From Mayamaea pseudoterrestris (Eukaryota), in assembly GCA_027923505.1 (NCBI GenBank), contig BROI01000001.1, positions 62,001 to 126,000 of the forward strand: a DNA stretch of 64,000 nucleotides, read 5' to 3'. Positions 11,601 through 22,300 of the stretch are shown here, in pieces. The position numbers and the translations under genes were made by a program. Under the pieces are notes generated by a model. That model saw only the letters and a program-made list of their open reading frames with translations. It searched no databases and was not told the DNA's origin. Every line of letters starts with the position of its first letter. Within the stretch, counting starts at the first letter, position 1.

Positions 11601-14600
11601 GTGGGAGAAACAGATGGAGCATTTGTCGGCAACGCTGTTGGGGAACCGGTAGGTCCACCAGTTGGTGTAGCAGTTGGCCCTTCTGTGGGCACTTTGGAAG
11701 GTGCATGAGTTGGACCGGAGGTGGGCAACACCGTGGGTCCGTCAGTTGGGGAGCTTGTTGGTGATGCAGTAACGGGTTTCGCTGTTGGGTGACCAGGCTC
11801 AGCAGTTGGGTGCGCCGTGGGTTGAGCGGTAGGCCCACCAGTCGGTGCGTTGGTTGGTGTCTTGGTTGGCGCTGCAGTTGGCTTTCCTGTGGGAGTTTTG
11901 GTCGGTGCGGTAGTTGGCTTTCCTGTGGGTGTCTTGGTTGGCGCAACAGTTGGCTTGCCGGTGGGATTTTTGGTTGGCGCTGCAGTTGGCTTTCCTGTGG
12001 GTGTCTTGGTTGGTTTTCCAGTTGGAATTTTGGTGGGTGCAACAGTTGGCTTTCCAGTTGGTGTCTTGGTTGGCGCAGCAGTTGGTTTTCCCGTTGGTGT
12101 CTTGGTTGGCGCAGTAGTTGGCTTTCCAGTTGGAATTTTAGTTGGCGCAGCAGTTGGCTTTCCTGTAGGTGCTTTGGTTGGTGCTGCAGTTGGCTTTTCT
12201 GTGGGTTCTTCAGCTGGCGGTATGAAAAGGGTACTAGTTCCAACTGGAGGAGGTTGCGAGGTCTGTGTGATGCAGAAAAATATGAGATAAACGTCAAGCA
12301 AATTAGCCATGCCCTGCTGCTCCTGCATATTATTACTCACCGTAGCAACTTCACATCCACAGTTCATGATAGGGTTAGAATATGAAAAGGTTGGGGAGGC
12401 TACAACTCCAGTACTCCATGAAGACTGGACTGTGCCACTACTGCCAAGCTTGACCGACGAGAAGGCACCTAATTGAAATTGCTTGTTTGACCAGGCACCA
12501 GTTGTTGTGCAACACTTTGGAACCAGATTCATCGTTACTGAAAATTTGGAGACACAAGTGGCAGTGCTAACAACCTGCCTTTGGGGAAAAGATGAAAACT
12601 TGGGTGTTCCAGCAGAATTCATTGGAATAGCTTCACCAAAGTATGCTTTCACCTCAGTCAAGCAAAATCCTGTCTTGCCAGTGTCATAAGTGATTGTGAC
12701 TGTATCCGTGCCACCGTTTGAAACTTTAGCACATACAGTACCCGAATCGCTATACTTTCCGTTAAGGTTAGCCTGGGCTGGCCAACATGCCTCGGTAGTT
12801 CCATCAGAGAAAGTAGCAACATACTCATTACACACTGCCGATGATGCCACTGGTGATGCAAGTGGAGCCCCTGTTGGAGGCTTGACTGGAGTATTAGTCG
12901 GTGGTTTGACTGGGGCATTGGTGGGTGGTTTGACTGGTGCATTGGTGGGCGGTTTAACTGGCTTGTTTGTTGGTGGTTTGGCGGGCGCATTGGTAGGTGG
13001 TTTAACTGGCGCATTAGTAGGTGGCTTGACAGGCGCATTGGTTGGTGGTTTAATTGGTTTGTTTGTTGGTGGCTTGATGGGTGCACTGGTAGGTGGTTTG
13101 ACTGGTGCATTAGTGGGGGGTTTGACAGGAGCATTGGTAGGTGGTTTCACTGGCTTGTTTGTTGGTGGCTTGACGGGTGCACTAGTAGGTGGTTTAACTG
13201 GTGCATTAGTGGGGGGTTTGACAGGAGCATTGGTGGGTGGTTTCACTGGCTTGTTTGTCGGTGGCTTAAGTGGAGCATTTGTGGGTGGTTTGACCGGCGC
13301 ATTGCTTGGTGGGTTCACAGGCTTGTTAGTTGGTGGTTTAACTGGCGCATTAGTTGGCGGTTTTACTGGGGCATTGGTTGGTGGCTTGACAGGTGCATTA
13401 GTTGGTGTTGCAACAGATGTGGTCACCTAGCAAACATTAGTAAAATGTGTGAGTACAATGCACAAAATTGCACCATAAACATGATCACTCTGCATGATTG
13501 CATACCTTTGGAGTTTCACAGCCACAGTTGAGAACCACAGGAGAGTACATAGCCCATGAGCCACCAGGCAAATCACCGCCTGTGCTCCAAGCAGTTTGGC
13601 CTCCTCCTCCATTGGCAAATTGAACATGGGAATGTGCAGCCAGCTTAAGAGACTTGTTTGACCATGTTGCCTTGATAGTGCTGCACTTGGGGATGAGGTC
13701 AGTTGTCACTGAATACACTTGGACACAGCTTGCAGTGGTAAGATCAGTAGCCTTGGCTGGGTATTGTCCAGGAACCGCAGAAGGCATTGTCTCCCCAAAA
13801 TAGGCCTGAACTTCTGTTAAGCAATAGGCCGTTCCCGTTGTGTTGTAGGTTATCTTGACCTTATCTACATTTCCACCTAAAAGCTCAGCGCACACTTCAC
13901 CAGCATTATAATGTTGTCCAGCCTGCAACAGAAATGACAAGAAAAAGAATGTAAGTAACATGCCGCACTGTCAGATTGCAAAAGCACGAAAGCATGCAGT
14001 GTACTTACTTTAGTAGGAAAGCATGCCTTTGTGCTGCCATCAGCAAAAGTTGCAACAGTGTTTGAGCAAGCAGTTGGCGCTACTGGTGGTGCAAACCCAA
14101 CAGGCGCTGCAACTGGAGCGCTTGTAGGTGGTTTGACAGGAGCATTAGTTGGCGGTTTAACTGGGGCATTAGAAGGTGGTTTAACTGGCTTGTTTGTTGG
14201 TGGTTTGACCGGCGCATTAGTAGGCGGTTTGACTGGAGCATTGGTAGGGGGTTTGACTGGCGCGTTGGTCGGTGGTTTGACCGGCGCATTAGTTGGCGGT
14301 TTGACTGGCGCATTGGTTGGTGGTTTCACCGGAGCATTAGTTGGTGGTTTCACCGGCGCATTAGTTGGTGGTTTCACTGGTTTGTTAGTAGGTGGTTTAA
14401 CTGGGGCATTGGTTGGTGGCTTGACAGGTGCGTTAGTTGGTGTTGCAACCGGTGTAGTAGCCTAGCAAATCAGAAGGGCAGTGTTAGTAAAATAACAAAA
14501 CAGACAAAGGAAAAACTTGGCAAGCTTGCTTACCTTTGGAGTACCACAGCCACAGTTGAGAACAACGGGGGAGTACATGGCCCACGAACCGCCAGGCAAA

Positions 14601-16359
14601 TCAGCTCCAGTGCTCCAAGCGGTCTGACCACCACCACCATTGGCAAACTGGACATGGGAATGTGCAGCCAGCTTGAAAGATTTGTTTGACCAGGTCACTG
14701 TTGTGGTACAGCACTTGGGGACAAGGTCCGTAGTAACCGAGTACACTTGGACACAGCTAGCGGTGGTAAGACCAGTAGCCTTGGCTGGATATTGGCCCGG
14801 CACCGCGGAAGGCATTGATTCACCAAAGTAGGCCTGAACTTCCGTCAAGCAATAGGCCGTTCCCGTTGTGTTGTATGTAACCTTCACCGTGTCCGTGTTT
14901 CCATTCAGCAGCTCAAGACAGACCTCACCAGCATTATAATTCTGCCCAGCCTGCAAAACAAAGAGCAAAAACAAAAGGGAAACCAGGAAATGGTTAGTGA
15001 CATGATGCTTACAAGAAGGTGCAGTAAAGACATGAAAAAGAAATACATACCTTGGTAGGGTAGCATTGCTTCATGCTTCCATCGGGAAAGGTTGCGAGTG
15101 GATTCGAGCAAGTTGTGGGAGCAACGGGTGGCCCAAAACCAACGGACGTTGCAACCGGAGCGACTGGTGCATTCGTAGGCGGTTTGACTGGGGCATTGGT
15201 GGGTGGCTTGACCGGTGCATTTGTAGGAGGCTTGACTGGTGCATTGGTCGGTGGTTTAACTGGCTTGTTAGTTGGTGGCTTGACTGGGGCATTCGTCGGC
15301 GGCTTAACTGGGGCATTGGTTGGTGGTTTAACTGGAGCATTCGTCGGTGGTTTAACTGGCTTGTTGGTAGGCGGCTTAACTGGGGCATTCGTTGGCGGTT
15401 TAACTGGAGCATTCGTCGGCGGCTTAACCGGCTTGTTTGTCGGCGGTTTAACTGGAGCATTCGTCGGCGGCTTTGCGGAACAATTGTAAAGAAACAAACG
15501 AAGGAAATGTTAGTCGTTGCACAGCGGAAACAAGCAACAAATACCATAGAAACCACCATTTGCCTACCTTGACCTTGACGGCAGTACAGTCGCAATCAAG
15601 AACCACTGGCGTGTATGTCGCCCACGAACCGCCATCCATTGGCGTGCCATCACTCCAGGCCGTTTGGCCGCCGCCGCCGTTGGCAAACTGAACGTGCGAA
15701 TGAGCCGCCAAATTGAACGTTTTGTCGGCCCAGGTTCCCGTCGTCGAGCAGCATTTCGGCGTGAGAGTCGTGGTAACAGAGTAGTTTGTGACGCAACTCG
15801 AGGTGGTGAGTCCAGTAGCCTTGGCTGGAAATTGCCCCGGAACAGCGGGAGGCATGTCTGTACCAAAGTAAGCTTGAACCTCCGTCAAGCAGTAGCCAGT
15901 GTTGGCCGTATCGTAGGTAATCTTGATGGTATCAGTCACTCCATTCAACAGCTCCAGGCAGACGGATCCCGCATCATAGTTTTGCCCCGCCGTCGTGGAG
16001 AAGCAAGCCTTGGTAGTGCCGTCGGCAAACTTGGCAAGTGGACTCGAGCAAGTTCCTCCAGTCGGCGGAGCAACAGGCGCAGTGGCAGGAGCGGTGGCCG
16101 TCTTGACTGGCGACGTGGGAGTCGCGACAGGAGCTTTCGTTGGAGCCTTGGTTGGAGCGACAGGTTCTGTCGTTATAAAAGCAGACGAGTGTGTTAGACA
16201 TGCTGCCAGCGGCTCGAAACGATGAAGCGATGGATCCATTCGCCGCTCTGCTCTCGCTCTGATGTTCAGCAACTACTCACTTCCAGCATTCGCCAATTCC
16301 TGGCCGGTCAGCCCCAGCAAGATGACGAGAGAGAGTAGAGAGCTTTTGGTAAACAACAT
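8631..16359 (-). CDS. Secreted Pro/Thr-rich mucin-like protein with five Cys-containing AGQ(H/N)Y domains (9 exons, 2,342 aa predicted)
   Basis: Exons on the minus strand: 16359-16281, 16166-15568, 15470-15051, 14950-14534, 14461-14009, 13922-13506, 13426-12341, 12262-9521, 9446-8631. All introns are GT..AG, several with a CTAAC/CTAAT branch site. The total is 7029 nt, in frame, ending in TAG at 8631-8633. N-terminus [26 protein letters not shown] is signal-peptide-like. No TM segment seen. Intron 12263-12340 is in frame and was read through by the ORF track. Confidence 0.85.
8920..11850 (-). repeat. Coding Pro-Thr-x-x tetrapeptide arrays (12-nt period; PTASPTGG type), interrupted by one globular domain and an intron at about 9447-10130
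   Basis: Direct translation shows PTxx periodicity and three copies of the marker [17 protein letters not shown]. Confidence 0.9.
11850..12210 (-). repeat. Coding 36-nt tandem repeat ([12 protein letters not shown])
   Basis: About 9-10 imperfect copies in exon 8. Confidence 0.9.
12870..15470 (-). repeat. Three coding 24-nt tandem arrays ([16 protein letters not shown]) at about 12870-13410, 14120-14440 and 15170-15470
   Basis: An 8-aa periodic repeat is visible in exons 7, 5 and 3. Confidence 0.9.
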
Positions 16360-17294
16360 GGTGATAGTATATCGCAAGAGGACGCAAAAAACCTTCAAAG
16401 GGACAGAAAGTGGTTGCTTTTCGACCAGGCGTCCTTGCGCGGAGAGGATCATCCGAAAGGTCTTGGGACGAATCATGGTCACACTGCTCCTTGGCGGACG
16501 AGTAGCTATTGCTGTACAATCATTTATATAGTTCGATATGAGTGTAACCCACAGAGGAATACTGGATCGCTTTTCGGTCATTATGACTGCGACATACTCA
16601 AGCACGAGAAGTGATCGTGTGAGGTCCAAGATGGGCAATAATTTTTATTTGTCAATTTGGATGCCAGGCAATATCAAACCAAATATTGAAAAGCATCTTT
16701 GGGCTTAATGCCAGTACAGGGCCATATCTTATGACGCATTGATATTGAACCGTGTCATTCCACGATCACATTCCCTTTACTCCGCCCAGCTTGACCATGG
16801 GGTGATCGTTGCGAATGTGGCAGCAAAGCACGGCCCGATACGATGCGATGCAAGGGGAGCTTGCGTTCGATTGCCATTTGGTATGTAATTGGTGCAAAAG
16901 ACTTTTGCAATGAACCAATGGTCAGAAAGGGATGACGAAATGAATGCAACATGCACCAATTTTTCGTTCCTCATGCTTTCGGCTTTCGACTACTGACTTT
17001 CGACTACCTGCTTTACCGACACGAGGAAACAAGACTACAAGCAATGGCATCGATAGTTGCTACGGCAAGACGCGAAAAAGTATGGCGATTTCTCGCTTCG
17101 ATCAGATGGAATGAGTTTTACAACGCTGATAAAGCGCTTGTTTGCGACAAGGCCACCCACGACGATTCCTCCCTGCCGTGCGCCTCGGCGCGACCTTTCA
17201 AAATCCAGAAAGGCATGCGTCTTCAACAAAGCTGCAACTTGAAATGATGAGTCTCGCCATGCACCATACGCTTAAGCAAGCGCGGATGATTACG

Positions 17295-18351
17295 CTAGTA
17301 TGACGCGCACGTTCCTTCTTCGAGCAAGCGACCACGCGAAAATCCGCAATGGGAAGTATAGCAAGCCAAGGGTGATGTACTATTAATGTAGTGTAAATCA
17401 AGATGATTTACGAAGTATAAGTCTTGTACAAAAGTTGACACAGCGAGAGCTTGTATAACAAGATATTTTCGAGCCGCGTCGTCAAAGTCAGTTGAGGCCG
17501 ACGCAAGAGTCCTTGGACAAACATTGTACCATGGTATATTGGCGGTGCGTGTTTTATAACACTCGATGTATCGACGGACTCGTTCATCGTCAACCATTCG
17601 TCGCTGGACTGGCGACTGGCTATCGGCACTGTCCTTCCTCGTCATCGCCGCTTTCATCGCCACTGCTGCCTTTATTATCATTGCTTTGCCGCCCGCTATT
17701 TTCGTTTGCTGAACCGCCGAAAAGTTTTCTTGATGGTTGTTTCTCGAGTCGTCGCTATGTGGTTCTTCCTCGTCATTGCTAAATACCGCGTTGTCGCCTT
17801 TTTCGTCATCATTACCTTCATCGCTGCCGCCTTTCGTCTCATGGTCGATTTGCCGCCCGCTTTCGTTCTGACGTTTATTACAAACGTTGACGCGGCAGTC
17901 ATTAGCCGGGCCAGAAGAGCGCTAGCAATTCAAAAATGTTTACCACCAAGTGCGTTCGCAAACGAGCACGACGATGCGGCGGTCGGCTCGTGTGCTGCCA
18001 ACGGCATGTATACGACGTAGAAGATGCGCGAGTTTGTTGCCGCAAATTTCTGCTTCATGCAGTTAAGCAGGCAGCCTGCCAACGAGAGCGCTTTGCATCG
18101 TCATGGTTGTTGTCGATTCTTACTGTTGCTTGCCTTTGCCTTGCTGATTCACCGCCACGACGCTCGAGTCCTGCTGCCAGTCGCCTCCTCCACGTACTTC
18201 CGATATGCATCACTTCATCGACGCAAACTTCTTTTTTCACGTTCTCCAGTCGCAACAAGCGAGTCGCATGCCTCGCAACGAAACGCTGGACTCGACGAAG
18301 CGCCAGATGCAATGCCTTTCGTTTCGTTCCAATCGTTTCGGATGTATCCAT
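17295..18351 (-). pseudogene. Probable decayed or frameshifted ORF with acidic low-complexity segments
   Basis: Two related acidic peptides, NESGRQIDHETKGGSDEGNDDE (about 17805-17870) and ENSGRQSNDNKGSSGDESGDDEE (about 17635-17703), are in different frames. Flanking frames are interrupted by stops. No family recognised. Confidence 0.3.
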
Positions 18352-19302
18352 CGAGTCGGTTCGAGTCGATTCGACAACAGAGACAATGCGTATGCGTAAG
18401 TCAATTCTTGTGGAAATGTCTTTACTTTCATCGCTTGCCGTGATAAAAGGGCATCATGCGCAAGCGTTGCGCGTCGGAACGAGTGCAATGTGTATCGCTG
18501 CATGACTGATGATCACGAGTATCGAATAGCCTCGCTTGCATGCTTTGGCTCGAGAATGCGCTTGCTGCCAGTGACTCTCTCGGTGCCGTTTAAGGCATAT
18601 CGCGACTCGTTTCTCTTGGCCAAAACATTGTAGAACTCATGTTTAGCGACGACAGCAACGTCTGCATATGATACACCAGAGCGAAATGGACGAAGCAAGG
18701 GGCTCCACTCGATTCACATCGGTCGCTCCAAGCAAAACATTCAATTCTTTTGGACGAGCGACAAAAGGAGCTTGCGACAAGAGACAAGAGACACATCATA
18801 GAATGGCGTATACGCGTTGCGTGTGATCATGGCAAGCTGTTACCGTTGACAGGCTCGTCACTTTCGCGCTAGGCTCAGCCTCATCATCTTCTTCCAAGCA
18901 TTAATCACATTTCGCTCGCATAGCGGCACAAAGTCAAATTACTAATGTTGTCAATACTGCGCTTATGAAAGCTAGCGCTGTACATTAAGGGCGCCATGGT
19001 GAGATGGTGAGAGCAAACGCAGTAAGAATGTTGTGGTTGCCATCGAAAGGCAAACGGTCCACGAGAAAACCAGTACGACTCGCGAAAGACAGCTCCTGCT
19101 TCACAAGCTCGGCGGCGTTCTGGTTGCGGCGGGAACAGTTTCGTATAAATTTAGTTACTCTACACGAACTGCAATCATCTTTTTGTAATATAACAGTATC
19201 CTTATTATATAGTAGTTTATCAACCCATCGTTGCTACTATTATCCGTTCATAAATCCATCATTCCTTCCATGTATTTACACATACATTTTCATTGTTTCA
19301 AC

Positions 19303-22300
19303 CTACTGCAGCTTGGCTCCAGTGAAACCAGCGCACGCACCGCAGTACGACTCGCGGTAGAACCGAAGAACCTCCGAATCCGCCTCGGGAACGCAGTAGG
19401 TGTTGTATCCAGACCGAGCGCTGTAGTGGCACACGTAGACGGACTTGCCATTGTCGCCACATGGAAAGTCGGTCGATGAGCAGTAGAATTCACCAACTTG
19501 GTCGGAACTAGTAGTCGCGGCTGCAGCTGCCGAAACCTCCTCGGCGCGACGGCCGCCTGCGGAGCAGGTTGCCTTGAGCTTGATCTTGTCAAGACCAGCC
19601 TTCTTGGTGGCATCAATGCTCGACGAGTGGAACAAGTCAAATTGGACCTTCAAGAAGCCATTCGCAAAGTATGTTTGCGGAATGGTCAACTGCGTCGAGT
19701 ACTTTTTGCCAAACGAAGTGTACGACCAGGCAATGCCGTCCGTAGTACCACTCTTGGCGGCAACCGACATGTACGGTAACTCAATACTCTTGCCTTCGAC
19801 ATAGACGTAAAGCTTTTGAGTCGATCCAAGAGCACCAACGTTGTAAAAGTCATACGACAGAACCACTGACTTTGCCATGGATGGAACCGCAAACGTTTTC
19901 GACATCATGGCACCAGAGCCAGTGAGCGGTCCAAGGTAATGGCCCAACTCATCGCAGTCGGACAATAGTCCATTGGTCCACGACGCTGATGTGTCAGAAC
20001 CTTCAAAGTCTTCCCATGAAACGACTTGATCGGCACCTCCTGCGCACATGGTGCTGACAGTCGATGAGCTAACGGTGGCCGAAGCCAACAGTGGGTTGCC
20101 ATTCACAGCGACTGAAGCGAGGCTCAATGGAGCGGCGCTCTTGGCAATAATGTGACCGACGACAATATCACCGTTGCACGCCACCTTGATGTGATTTTGG
20201 GCTGTCGCAGTTGTTTGCGATGTCAAGCTATCCGAGCACATGCTTCGGTCTTGGTCTTGTGGAAGGAGATCAGCTGCATCAGTTTCCATCTCATGCCATT
20301 GTACGGTTGTCGCCGAAAGGTCTATGTATGAAACGTAAATCTTTTTGGTGGCACCATCTGTGATCGCAACAAACACAGAATCTTCAAAAGAATCAATAGA
20401 CATGCCAGACGCGGCGGCGTAGACAGGCTTGTTCACCAGTGTTGGGGGAATTGCACCTGCCCGCCCTGTTGTACGTGCTGCAACTTCAAATCCTTGGCTA
20501 TCTGATTTCAAAGCGCTTGGGTAGTTTCGCCAGATACTCAAGTAAGCGAAACCACCGTTCGCGGCATCGACCCATCCCACCGCGGGAATACCAGATTTTG
20601 TGAAAACAAAGTCATTGGCGCACGACTTGGCACTGTTGGCGGCGCCCAGATAAGCAGCACTGTACACCAGTTCATCCAACGCTCTCCAAGATCCTGTGGA
20701 AAACGCGTCATCCTCGCTTGCCGCCAAATGTCTGCTATTACTCTTGAGGTCACGATGCACAGTTGCGGCACACTTGCAGCCAATCTTGAGTTCAGAGTAG
20801 GTAGCCCAGCTTCCGCCAGCCGTGATATCGACTCCAGTACTCCAAGCCGTCTGTCCACCACCTCCATTGGCAGTTTGGACTGAAGAATGCGCGGCAAACT
20901 TATAAGTGCGACTAGCAAATTCACGCCCGGATGAGCAGTCGGGCAACAAAGGTGTTGTGATAGTGTATCTCTTAGTACATGTTGATGTGCTGATGTTCGC
21001 CTTTGCAGGAAAGTTTCCAATTTGAGGATTACCCTTGTTGTTGCTAGGAATGTTGTCCCCGATGTATGCCTGAACTTCCTTCAAGCAATAGCCACTGTCA
21101 AGTGTATCATATGTGATCTTCGCATAATCAGTATTTCCGTTGATGATTTCAACGCAAACCTGGCCTGCCTTGTAGTGCTGTCCGGCCATCATTGGATAAC
21201 ATGATGTCATTGATCCACTTGCAGAAAAGCTGGCAACGCAACTAGTCGTTGCCGCCTCAGTTACGGCCATCGCAACAGGAGCACTTGTTGGAGATCTTGC
21301 GACAGGTGCCACACTTGGCGCTGCGATTGGCGTCACTACAGGAGCGTTGGTTGGAGCCTTGGTAATTTGCTTAGTGTTGGGCTCAAATCGAGCGACAACT
21401 AAATGCTTGTCGCCTTCAAAGACATCAAAGCCTTTCAATCCAGAGTCATCAGAGACAACGGCATGAACTGCACAAGCAAAATTTCCAATTCCTGAAATAG
21501 CTAAGTGAGCATCAGAGCTAGACCCTGGTATAATTCGAGCATTTTCACTGTCACCTCCAACTGGTCTCCATCCAGCCTCTGGATGAGCACTATTGTAGTA
21601 CCAAACTACAGCAGAGCCACTGACATTAACAGAGTCTAAATGACCTGTGCCAGCCTTGCCAACCATGACAAAGTAGTATCCCATCAAGTTGCTGCATTCA
21701 CAAGCTGAAGGCATCAACAGTTCAATGTCGCCAACACCAGCAACTCCAATTCTATTTTGCCATCCAAGCTCTCGCCATTTCTGGTCAGTCTCATCAAGAC
21801 AGTAGACGAGTGGTGTTCCTGGCTTACCAGGAATGTTGTTGCCACCAATGGATGGTGTGCTGTCGGAGAAAACCATGCAAACCTCGTTTCCTCGAGCCTG
21901 TATGTCAAACGATTGTACACAGTCTCCGTTACTGGAAACTTTGATGTCCGGTACTTTGGCAGTGTCAATCACACGATTTGCATCATACGAAACATAGCGA
22001 GAGCCCCCAACATACGACCAGATGCCACCGCTGAGTTTAAGAGCCGTTAGTTTCTCGTATTCACCCTGACTATCCTGAACAAGGTAATACATTGTATCTG
22101 AGTTGGAGCATGGCATGGCAATTCGTGGATGAGTTGCGCTTTCACCTATTCCATGACAAGACGCAGTTTCTAGGGTGTTAGTTGTATCCACAAATGATGG
22201 ATGGGGTGCTAACTTAGTGGGAATGCCCGGATACATCCACTTGTCAGGAGTGAACATAGTTTCTTCTCCACTGCATGAGCATGGGCATGTTTCTTGCGCT

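Noticed and set aside
8839..15572. + strand Gly/Val-rich ORFs ([14 protein letters not shown])
   Set aside because: They are antisense to the PT and KPPT repeats. Splice signals and the signal peptide are on the minus strand.
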